Assembly: GCA_010093705.1 (NCBI GenBank) | Contig: MU006096.1 | Location: 1,200,004 to 1,264,003 of the forward strand | Direction of reading: 5' to 3' | Source: Patellaria atrata CBS 101060 | Taxonomy: Eukaryota | Length of the DNA stretch: 64,000 nt | Part shown: positions 25,640 to 37,260 of the stretch, piece by piece | Layout of the letters: each line of letters opens with the position of its first letter | How positions within the stretch are numbered: position 1 is the stretch's first letter | Notes under the pieces: model-generated | The model's input: only the letters and a program-made list of their open reading frames with translations | What the model was told of the DNA's origin: nothing | The model's database searches: none | Translations under genes and position numbers: made by a program

Positions 25640-25890
25640 GCGGTAGCTGTACAAGAGTTGGTAGCTATAAAGTAAGAGTGAACTGTACAGGAGCCTGTAG
25701 TTATGTGGAATTTAGTAGCTGTACATGAATGGTAGCTGTACAGGCAGAAGTGAACTGTCAAGAGTCGGTAGCTGTACAGCGGGAGTGAACTGTGCAACGG
25801 GAGTGAGCTGTACAGCAGAGGTGGACTGTACAGCAGGAGTGAACGGTACTGGCCGCGTCTACCTTCATAGGAAGATCAAACTGTACGTGA
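25640..25890. repeat. Degenerate minisatellite with an approximately 18-bp period and CTGTACA core
   Basis: Units GGGAGTGAACTGTGCAAC, GGGAGTGAGCTGTACAGC, AGAGGTGGACTGTACAGC and AGGAGTGAACGGTACTGG, plus several GTAGCTGTACA copies upstream. Confidence 0.7.
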
Positions 25891-26020
25891 CATGGCGATA
25901 TCATTCTTCTTCCACCCACTAATCACTAGACACTACTCCGGCTTGAACAAAAAACAATCTATAACATACTCACTCCTCAAGAAGAGAAACGCCCACCCCA
26001 CCCATTCTACCCACCTCCCT

Positions 26021-27600
26021 CTATCCCTGCACAATGAAAGGTTTCTCCTTAGGAAACTTACTCACCGTCTCCGGGCTCAAGTTCAATGTATCGATGACGA
26101 CCTGAGGCGGCGTAAGACCCAACCACTGACCAAGCGAGATATCTACCCAAACATCAGTATCCCAAACAGTCCAAACCGACATCGAAAGGGGATAAGATAG
26201 GTAAAGACATACCGGAGAACCTGTCCGCCTGCAACACCTCCAAAAAAACCAGATCCTCGTCCCCAACATTCTCGATGTAGTGGCTGTTGCTCTGGGGGAA
26301 ATATCCCACATCGCCCGGGAGATAGTCGAACGTCGTTGCGGTCCTGGGCGGCGTGAAGAGCGTCGCCCTGCCTTTGCCGCTCAGGAAGAACGTCCACTCG
26401 TCCGAAGCGGGGTGCCAGTGAATCTCGCGCATGGCGCCGGGATGCACGGTCACCAGCGCGGCCGCGAAGTTCGACGCGATGGGGAACGTAACCGGATCGA
26501 CGATCTTGATACTGCCGCCTTCGACACGGTGGGCGGGCTGCTCGGACCAGTGGAACGAATAGCTGTCCCTCGGCGTGATCGGGCCGGTGGAGGAAGTGAC
26601 GTTCTGCTCGCTGATGTTGTGGGGAGCGGGCGTGCCGGGGAAGATGAAAAGTTCGCCGGCGGGGATGTCTTGGAAGGCGGAGATGTCGACGGAGAGGTCC
26701 TTGGCGAGGACTTCGCGAGGGTGGTGCGCCATGATTTCCGTGATGAGGAAAGTGTTGTCTTCGGAGAAGTCGCCGTCGTCGAAGACGAGCATGAATTCGG
26801 CGCCGCCGTCGAGGGCTTGGATCGAGTGCGGGACGCCGGGTGGGAAGAACCAGACGTCACCTTTGCTCACGTCGTCGATGAAGCTCTCGCCTTCTTCGTT
26901 AATCGCCTGAGAGGATAATCAGTAAACAGTTTTCATGTTGACTGGGCATTAAAGTCAACTGACAGCAATTCTCACGGTCCCATTCAGCATAAGCGCCCAC
27001 TCTCCCGCAACATGCCAATGCAGCTCACGGTAAGCACCAGGCTCGAGTCTCATATCCACACCCGCCATTGCCTTAGCATCCGGCATGACTTGACTGAATT
27101 CGAAATTCCGTGAGCTCGTATCCCGCAATTCTGATCAGTGATGTTGCTTACGTATTTTCCTGTCGAGACCATCCTGCGCGGTCAATACCAGCCTTCACGT
27201 GAGAGAGCCCCATGGGCCATTGAGCGTTGATGGTCTGGCCGTGATCCGTACCAGGTGGAGCAAGTTTATCAGGGTTGAGTCTACTATATTCAGGAGTTTG
27301 AGGACCCGGATCGGTTCCTCCCCTACTTCCACGGATAGGTTGAGGATTCTCAATATCCTCAAAGTTCAAATACTGTCCGATATTGGCATCCGCGGTTTGC
27401 CCAGGTGCAAACTCAAACTCAATATCATCGGTATCTTCGTTAGTTAGGGTATTTGTTGGGTTATATCCGACGAGAGCAGTGGACCCTCTGAAGGGAGGGT
27501 TGTCACCATCTTGCCTACGTTCCGGAGATGTTCTTGTGGGAGCACCATGGACAAAAGTGGAAGAGACAATCACGCCCAATGCGAAAATCTTAAGCAACAT
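26021..27600 (-). CDS. oxdC: Secreted oxalate decarboxylase (bicupin)
   Basis: Signal peptide MLLKIFALGVIVSSTFVHGA. Two cupin Mn-binding motifs (RELHWH..EW..PHS and REIHWHP..EW..SHY). The lid FSEDNTF keeps the Glu associated with decarboxylase activity. Three introns. Confidence 0.92.
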
Positions 27601-29084
27601 TTTCACAAGAATCGTATTCCAAGGCAAATGCAGAGAAGACTAGAGAATTGATAGGCAAGAGATTGAGACTGAAGAGATCTCGAAAGACTATAAGTATTAT
27701 AATGGAACGATTACTTAATCAGGTATATATGGTATTTATTTTGAGGCGTTTTGACAGTCGTCCCTGTGACCATCTAATGTTGACGAAGCTTTCCGAGGAT
27801 CCCCAGATAGAAAGACCATGCCGGTGATGTCTTCATTTTGCTGACGGCATAGTATGGTTCTGGAAAATGACCCTTGCACGGGTCGTCCCGCATTCAAGCT
27901 TACCCTACCTAGTCTAGCGGTCTGATACTACATGTACAAGCACAGATACCTTACATACGTTCCAAAAATTGTACACTGAGTAGTGAGACAAGGCATGGGG
28001 TGAGACTAAGGAAGACGCACGTATGATAGGATACGATGATTTGCTACCGTCTGAACTTAGGGATTATCCTTTCAAATGTAATACATGCCACTCATCACAC
28101 AAAGCCGTGACTGGATGGCATAACGAAGCCGCCAAAGCCGTCCAACTCGCATGGTCAGACTTCAAAACGGACCTAAACTAGTCGAAAAGTCCTCTTAGCT
28201 CTGACGTGGAGGCGATACTGAGATCTGAGTTGCATGTGGCGCTTTAATAGATCCATAGGGCTGTATTACTCGTGAAATTGCCAGATGGGAGTGACCTTAG
28301 GTGGTGAACAACGTTACGGTGTGAATGTATGAAGCAAAGGCCCATGCAAACCAAAACCGGGAATAAGACCAGTTACTCACTCTTGCTCATCTGGCTACAT
28401 CAATTGAAAGAACAACCCGAACCAGGCATCAATCCGATCCTAGAATGACATACTTAATGCCAGATACAGTATGTATGTAGGCTTGTAAAGATGTTGACGG
28501 TAAGGATTTGATGTGAGCTATTACACAAATCTGTTTCCTGATTCTGTGCCTTCACAGGGGACCCGATCTCTCTACGCGTTCATGATGTCGCATTAATCTT
28601 GAGATCAGGCAGTGGGGGAGAGCAGGAAGAGGGGCACGACCGGGTTCCGAGACCGGGGTGTAGAACTATCCTCCGTCCATGATCTTTATTGAAGTCAGTA
28701 TGACAGAAGCCGGAAGAGTGCTGACGGATGTCATTATTCTCGCCTTGAAAGTTTTCAGCATCAGTGCATCATGGGATAATGCTGACTGTTCGTTCAATCG
28801 GTAGTTGCTGGGTCAAAATAAGCGTTCTCAAGCCTTCCGATCTCTTGGCTTTCTAGCCATTTTCCGTGCTTGCGTGGAATATTTCCGCCACTCCTCATCC
28901 CCTGCATGCTATCTACTTCCGCAACTCAGTATAATCCTATCCAATAGTTTGTTAAACCTCACGTAGACGCCGGCGAACTTCAGGGGATATACAACCTTGT
29001 AGCGTTGTTGAACGGTCCCATGCTGCCATTGAATTCCTCCGCTTTAGAAGAATAACGATAGTTCTAGAGCGGCAATATTGATCC

Positions 29085-31796
29085 TTAGAGACGAGCCTTG
29101 GTCTGAATGCCCTTGCCTCGTCGCTTTCTGGAGGTCACGGACTCGATAGGCCGACGTTCGGAGCCCTGTTCAAAGAGCTGCTTGCTAACGAGCTCCACTA
29201 AAGAAAATACTCTTGTTCGTACGGTAGAACCGTCGCGTCGGTTTTTCCTACAGCGTGGATCATTAGTATTTTCTGCAAGTGACTAGAAACCGCATGACCA
29301 TTCCGCAGAATGGTGTGCCAACCTACCCTTCTCTCCTTGACTGGCTAATCATCTCAGCGAAATCCCAAAGTTTACCTCGGGGTAATATGTGCGAAGTGGT
29401 GGAATCTCGTTCAGGCATCCACTCTTCTGCGAGTTTGAGTCGCGAGGCGACGCGAGCATCTCTGCTTTTGGCAACTATGATGATGCCCTCTTCTTCGAAT
29501 CGCAGATAGGCGTTCTTGAGTGTCTCCTTATTCACGGCCTCAAAGTAAGACAAATCGCCTTGATGGTATAAGGTTTTGCCCAACTTGTAAGCAAGTGATT
29601 AGCTACCAAGTTCTACAAATGCTTACAAGCAAAAGGAGGTAAGAAAGCAGTGTGGAAAGGGAAGTACTCACCAATTGGGCCAGGTCTTGGACTTGCTTAA
29701 CATCCAGCCATACCTCACCATTTTGACCCGGTGGAGTCAACATGAATAGTGAGATGGCACCAAGCCAACTGGCTTCAATGAACGGCCAAATCAAAAAGCA
29801 GTAGAAGTCGTAATTTTCTCGGCCACTGCTCCTTTCAGTATTACTAAGTCCGATGGATTTAATCTGGTCAGCGCTAGAGTTGCGTATCACGCTTATGACA
29901 CCTTCAGCCTCAAGACCGCGCAAAGTTTTGTCCAGATTAGCGGTAAGACCTTCGGAAGGGAAGATGAATTCGCCGCGGAACAGCTATCAGGATATTAGTA
30001 TTAACTGAGACAGCGGAACAATGGTCAACTGGCCTGAGATAAAAAGTAGACTTGGTCGTATAGTTCCGTGTATGAGATTCGCTGAAATTCTGGCCCACCG
30101 CCCTGCTTAACTTTCGTATACATACCGGCGGAAACTAGAGCCTGAAGGATGAAAAGATGTATGGTCATGTTCCGATAGAAAGAGAGCTGGAATCTGCACG
30201 TGCATCAGCCACCACACAGTCATATTTAGTGAACAGAGTAATAAGGCAAGGTTGGAAATACCTATCAACTGCGAAATATGTTTCCTCGGGAAGGCCTTCC
30301 ACCAAGCCGACTAACTTAGGCCCAAGGACTTCTAAACCTCGCTCGACAACAGTTGCGGTTGGAAGGCCAGCAAAGTGAGCTACTCTCCCTCCTTGATCCT
30401 GAACGCGATCACGGAGCCAATCCACTCTCCGGATGAGTTCAGACTTGCCGACGCCACGGCCTCTGAGTGTGAGGAGAACGGTGCCAATAAGAGCGGTTGG
30501 CATAATAACCGATACAGTATTGATATCTGAAAGAACCTTGTAGCCCATGGTTCTAAGTAACCTCACCTTTTTCTCGTTAAAAGATTCTTTCGGTTGCAAT
30601 TGTGTGGGCAATTGGTTGGTCCTTTCTTGCTGTTTCTGTATAAAACCTCGAAGACTCCAAGGTTCATGGAATCGAACATCGACTCGTCCTAGCTTGAGTG
30701 ATAATACCGATGATGCAGAAAGAAAGTCACGGAGGTTCTCCTTTTGTTTCGGCTGGCCAAGTAATTCGCTAATGTAGGAGTCTACCTCAATGACCTTGTC
30801 GTATTGAGTGCTCACAGGACAGATAATTGCATCTTTGACTCGTCCACTCAATACACCATCAAGAAGGAAGCTCAAGATACCAAACTTTGGAGGCAAGAGC
30901 TTTCCAGTCCTTGAGCGTCCGCCCTCTATAAAACATTCGAAGTTGAACCCATTCTGTAGCAAAGTGTCAATGTACGCCTGCACCAAGGTAGTGTACAATT
31001 GGTCATCCCCGAAGCTTCTTCGTATCCACATGGCGCCAGCGTGTTGGAGAGCAGCTCCTACAACAGGAAAGTTAAGATTGTCACCTGCAACGACAGTAGG
31101 TAGAGCAAGACCAAGACGGTAGCAAATGAGTTGAAGCGACACATAATCAATATGAGATCTGTGGCATGGAAGAAAGATGATAGACTGTTTATTCTTTTCA
31201 GCTTGTTCAGCAACAGTCCGCAATCGAAGCACTTCTTCGCTTGAGACATGAATGCCCTGATGATATGCCCTTGTGAGCAATTGTGTGGCCACGTAGTAAA
31301 ACCCTCTAATGAAGCGTTTACTCTCCATCTTACATATCATATCGTCTGTCATCTTTTCCGCCACCTCCTGTAAGTTCTTTTCGATTTCAGCTGATCTCCT
31401 TGCTGTTTTGGACGCATAACTCATATCTTCCTTGTTTATGATCCCTTGGTCTACCTCCACTTCCACACGTTTCGATGCAAGTTGTTTTATTTTTTCCTGA
31501 AGAAGTGGTGTGGACATCACAGCAGACTTCATATTATCCGAAAATCCCGAGTAAAATATAGGCTGGCCCACAATTCTGTCGTAACTTCGCCATCCCGTCC
31601 CGCTGACATGTAGACTGACCTCGCGCAGAAAGTCGAGAGGTGATTCACGAAAGCGAGCCATCTGCTCGACGAGATTTCGCTCTTGGGCTCCATTCTGATC
31701 TAGAGCTATCTCGGTATAACCAGCTGGATGAATTGTGACCTGGTCCCCTAGAATGGAGATGTCTGGAGCCGGTGGTGGAGATTTCGAGGATGCCAT
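29085..31796 (-). CDS. Glycerol-3-phosphate/DHAP acyltransferase (PlsB/GNPAT type) ending in PTS1-like ARL
   Basis: HRSHIDY (HX4D) and FIEGGRSRTGK motifs. The spliced last exon reads GKNRRDGSTVR...GIQTKARL*, with TAA at 29085-29087. Confidence 0.9.
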
Positions 31797-32167
31797 GGGT
31801 ACGGTATTATCAGGAAATGTTTGGGGAATCAAGGTACGCGGAGTTGCGTCATAGCGGTCAAGATCTTTAATCAGATTCCCTCACGAACAGATAGGAGCAG
31901 GTTAAAGCTCATGGGGGACTAGAAACGTACTGGGGGATTAGGAGTTGGAGGAATTGATTTATTCAAGTTGAAGATCAGAATGGGAGAAAGACCGTGTCTG
32001 TGTTCCCTGCCGAGGTCAATCTGGTCTCCGATTCTGTCGGGTAGGATGACGGGATGCACCAACGGAGGTCCCCTGCGCGCCACTACGAAATCTGGGGATC
32101 CTAAAATTAGCGAGTTTGGAATCCTGAATAATGTATAAAAAGTGTGTCAAAATAAGGTAATAGCTCA

Positions 32168-32187
32168 CCCCCCCCCCCCCCCCCCCC
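32168..32187. repeat. C20 homopolymer (G20 on the minus strand)
   Basis: Direct read of the sequence, about 370 bp upstream of the acyltransferase ATG. Confidence 0.9.
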
Positions 32188-33075
32188 ATCTCTCTTCCCA
32201 AAACACGTTCCTTCTACCTCCAGGTTATGAACAAACAAACAGTGACTTCTTTCCATATCCCAGAGACCCGTGGCCTGGTGGTGGGAAGCCCCCACCACAC
32301 CGATCAGGCCAAAACCAACCGGTCCAGAGGTTGCACCTTAGAGGGGGGGTAATGCCCTCAAAGCAGAAGTACTACAGCGCTCCATGGGTCTCGAGCCGTG
32401 GGGAGCGGGTAGGAACTGGTTTGCTTTTCTTTTCCTTTTCAGTTTATTTTTTTATTTTTTTATTTATTCTTTAGGGACTTTTTAGACAGGGCTGTCAAAA
32501 TAACAGCTCCCTATATGGGTTAACAATATCAATGCTCGTCGTCCGTTTTTAACTGTTGTGGACGATGAGTCTAAACGCTTCTTGACATCTATACTCATCC
32601 GTTAGGCGTACGCGTTATCATGCGTCTCAAATGATTTCTCATACGATCAATGGGGCACATGAGGAAATTCTCCATTATATTTAGACGTGCCTAGATAAGT
32701 CGTACCATAGGCAATCGACCGGACCAGTCGGTTACTCTATGAATTGCTCCCAACCCTCGTCCATATCCTTTCCATAGGCCTTCTCAAAAATTCGTTCTAG
32801 AATTACACAAAGGGATTCGTAATTTCATCAAAGCCTCCGACAGCTATTCGGGCAGTAGAAAGCCAGAATTCCGGACCCCAAATTACTTTAACATTCCGCC
32901 CAAGAGAGTTCATAGGAGAAATATTGCATTGAAAAGTACACCCAGTACCCAATGACGAAAATAAATCAGCCGATTCTCAGCCTTACAGATATAATGCAGG
33001 AAATATTGTTCAGGATATAGATTGAATGAAAACTTGGGTTGTGTAGACTGCTTGAATCTGAAAGGAAATACCATT

Positions 33076-35177
33076 TCACTGGTAAGTAAACTGATTATGA
33101 TTAACAATAGGATTAGGAGCCACGTAATGGGCCTGATAAGGGTGTTGCGGCATAGAAAAATCAGCAGTTGCTAACAGAGGGTTAAGTATTCCAGGTGGTG
33201 GCCTTGCCCGTGCGGTGGATTGTGTAGGTGGTAAGGAGGTGACTGGGAGTGACTGTAGGGTCGCTTGTGGCTGAATAGTCGATTGATGTTGGAATAGGGA
33301 CGTGTTCTGCATGTTGGGTATTTGCGTTTGCTGCGGTTGAGCTTCGTCTTGCCAACCCCATTTTTCTTTGAGTTCCTTGTTGACGAAACCTACGCGCCAG
33401 CCGGTTTCTTGACGAATTTTATCGAAAATGCGTAATACTTCCTCTTGCTCGCGTCTGTTTGTGAGACATTCTGCAGCGATAGCTAGAGACCGAAGGGCAA
33501 CACTTGCGACGCCCCTACTCCGATTAGCATATATAACTCAAAAAAAGGAATTGGGATCTTACCTGTCTTTGACATGGGCAGTGATGCCACAAATTTGCTG
33601 CGAATGCCTTTGTTGAAGCTCACGCATTTCTTCTACTTCAGAAGACATGACGGGATTAATTTGTGCAAGAAGACACATGGCCGTATGGTAGAACAAACGA
33701 GCCACGATAGTTGTACGCTTGATCAGCCATACCTCCGGAAAAGCAGATTGTGAGATGGTCTGATACGGATACAGGTAGCCCATAGGATGCATTGTCCTTG
33801 GGATATTCTCGTTCCATGCATCAGTCCAATTTTTCAATCTCTTCCATTCCGCATAACGATTCTGTAACCGTATATTCTCATCACGAGGGGATGCTTCCTG
33901 GTACCGAGGGATGGATGCTCGGAAATTAGCAATCTTAGCAACGATGTAGACGATACGATGCGTCCAAATCTCTTCTTGACCAGATTGGGTTTCCCTGCTA
34001 AAATCCATGTTGACGCCCCAATCATCTGGGTCCCAGGCTACCTGCCAGTTGAAGTGTAAGCAACTAAGAAGTTCCATACCAACATTCAGCCAGAAGCAAG
34101 CGGCACCGATTCCGGTTGACCTTGCATTCCAACCACACTCTTTAATAAGAGCACGAGCACCAGCGATATGATTCATTCGTTGAAGAGCTCGTTCGCACAT
34201 GATCTCGTAAACGTTTAATATGACAGCTGTCGTGGCACATATAACAGTATCCCGGTTAGGATTTTGTAGTGAGCTGAGAAGATATCTCGTAGCAGTATCA
34301 TAATAGTGTAAAGCTTTGTCCTCTGTATATTTAGAGTTGACCAGTGAGAGATGGCGAGCACCGCAAGCAAGAAATGCGTTTAGTAGCATGGGTTCTCCAA
34401 GAGCATGAAAGGGCAGAAGTCGTGAGAACTGATAGCTAGTTAGGTTGCTACACTTAGTCTATTTGGGTGAGAAATTCATACATGTTTATGAGGATCCATG
34501 CTATCCATCCACAAGCCTACTTCCTCCACGAAGACTTGCATGAATAGAACTTCCTCCTGTGTATTAAGATAGTCCCTTGACTCTGATGAAGGGGATACGG
34601 CTTGATCCGGGTTACTGTAAGGTTCTTGCGCAGTGGAACCGGAGTAAGTGGAGTTTGTGTGGGAGTGACCATGATGATGCTGTTGGTGATCCCTTTGTGT
34701 ATCGAACATCATACTCTGTTGTTCATCGGGATAAGCATCTGGTAGTATGCCCGTGATTGGTGGTAGAGGTTGATGAGGAGGAATTGGGGCAGTAGGAACA
34801 GCGGTGGAAAGATTATACGGTAATCCGGGCTCAGGTTGGTCACTGATACGATTGTCGGATGCGCCGTATCTGCTTAACCCACCCTTATACTCGGATGCAA
34901 TATCTCTAGACTCATCCTGAAAGTTGACGTTCCATTCCATAGTTGGTGGTATCACGGGAGGTGCTTGTACCGTTGTGTCTATGAAGTTGAGTCTGACACC
35001 CCGCTTACAGATCCTGCTCGATTTACGACAATTCTGGCAGTTTGGAAGTCCTTCATCGCATTTGAGATGTCGTTCTCTACAGGTCAAGCAACCAGTTCGT
35101 ACTCTCTTAGGTTTGCTCGCTGGTACGGCTGCACTATCAGCGGCAGGCTTAGTTGCGTCCGCATCTTTTCCCGTCAT
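33076..35177 (-). CDS. Zn(II)2Cys6 transcription factor with fungal-specific TF domain
   Basis: [31 protein letters not shown] cluster and [21 protein letters not shown]. Introns near 34481-34429 and 33563-33516. First ATG is 35177, with a possible GTG start at 35435. Confidence 0.9.
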
Positions 35178-37260
35178 TTTGCCAGACTGATGTTCTGTCG
35201 AGGCTTTGCCAGTGACGTTTTTAATATTGTTGCCTCCCGTTTTCTGCTTCTTGGAAGATTGTAGTCTGTTGGACCCCGAGCTCCTACTTCTCTTCCCTCC
35301 CACCTTCTCAGGCTGATCACCAATAAGTGTCGCTTCGGTACTGGTTGAGGACGATATGGTCGGGTCTTGGGTGTAGAGGTAGGAAAAGTCCAACAAGGGC
35401 TGAAAGTATACCGGGTTTTCGATAGTAGCCGCCACGATGAAAGATGACAGTGAATAATTACACTGAAGAAGATTTGTATGACCGTAAACGAATGAGTAGA
35501 ATTACGAGTGAAGGGCCGACAAGAAACTTGTAGGTGATGAGGTGGACAGATGCAATGAGGGTATCTTCGGTCGCATATGTCAAGCCAAATATAAACGCAC
35601 AGCTAGTGGAATGGTAGAAGTTGTAATGCAGCTCCACGAAGAGCACCTTGGTCTTTGTCGTCCCAGAAAGATGAAATGGAGTGCTCAAGGTGAGACTGCG
35701 CGCGGACCTGGCGGGATGGGGCCGCTCTTGTCAAAGGCGACGCAAAGCCTTGAGTCGGAGCATGCGGGAGTGATGTGAGATGGAAGTTGGTGACAGCATG
35801 TACTGTACTGTAGCTTCAGAAAAATGATCTGATATTCAGCTGGGAATTGACAACCTGAAGGGCAAGCAATGGATGGTGTCGCGGAGAGGCGTGTGCATTC
35901 GCGGTCGGGCAGAAGCGTCAAGCGTGGACAAGGGCGTTGAGATTGAGGAAAGAATAAGAGAAGGTAACGATTTGATCACGAACCAGGAACGGTTCACAGC
36001 GCGACGGTTGCTTTGACTTGGAAGCCTCGAAGAAATCTCCGATGCCAAAAATTGGAAGTTCTGTATTGCAGTTCATAAGCAGATATGACGATTTTGATGA
36101 TAAGACGATGACAGACAAGGTTTTGAGGCAAGAGAAGAGAGGAAGATGGTTCTACGAGGGTTGCGAAGGGGACGGGAAGATGAGTTAACAGTCTAACTCA
36201 GCTAAGCCCAAGTTCATGCCGTCAGAGGCCCTCGAGTTATGCCTATAATAGTTCTACTTGACTTACGCAATGCATGGAACAATAAATGCGATAATGATTA
36301 TTTAAAAGCCCTACAAGTACGTTATAGGTATACATCAATGATCAAGGTAGAGGCAATATATGTTACGCAACTTAAAATGCTTTTAGAACTAAACAATAAA
36401 GCACCCAGTATTTCCCTTGCGAGGAGACCTGGACGGAATCTGGCAGCTGTCAATCCCTACCTTACCGTACGCCTTTCCCACGACTGACATCAACATAGAA
36501 TTAGGTTACGACATATAGAGGTGGCGATTTAAAATCCAGTTCTCCAACCGAGGACACAAAAGAAGCAAGTAGATAGTTCTAGTAATTCATTCTATCTGTT
36601 CAGTATCTCTCAGGGTCCACCTGAATATAGCTTCTGAGTGATCTTTCCAATAAGATAGAACTAACCTGATGCCAGGTACACAAAAAGAGGTTTCCACGAC
36701 AGCAGTACGAGTACAGTACGCCTACGAAAACGTTACAGTAGTAACAGTGCAGTGTTTTAAGGCTAGAATTCCACCTGAAACATGAATATGGCCGGTTAGC
36801 TACCCCTAGTTCTATATCATGTACAATTCGCTTCGATTTGCTCTACCACCATCACTGCGCATCTTCGGCATCCTGCAGAAGGCTAACAATTAACCACCCT
36901 ATCTTCAATCCTTAGTTGCACCACATTAATCTCCTCGTGTTCTTGTTCCAATGTCAGCTTAAGAATACGGTCACGATAAGAGTATTCCGTATAGCTCTAC
37001 TGCGTCTCTACCTGAAGGACTTTGAGGTCTAAAAACATTAGAGCAGTGAAACACCAGCAAAAGAATCTCAACAAGACTTCCATTCTTCAACACACAGCAC
37101 ATTCCCGCTCGCCATCGGCCTTAAATTATAAATGAGCACAAACTCCTGCAAAGGACGTCCGTGTGCCAAATCCTTGGATCCTACTCTATCGCGGATCTAA
37201 CGCAACCAATATCCAAGCTTGCGGATATTGTAGCTCGGACCCATATTCTATCTCAACTCC

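Noticed and set aside
26280..26918. Long antisense ORFs over oxdC (similar ones overlie PAN6, GH7 and the GNAT)
   Set aside because: Expected shadows of GC-rich, codon-biased coding sequence.
19508..35435. Possible metabolic cluster (amidohydrolase, PAN6, oxdC, acyltransferase, Zn2Cys6 TF)
   Set aside because: The genes are interleaved with DBP7, there is no backbone synthase or transporter, and no shared pathway logic is evident.
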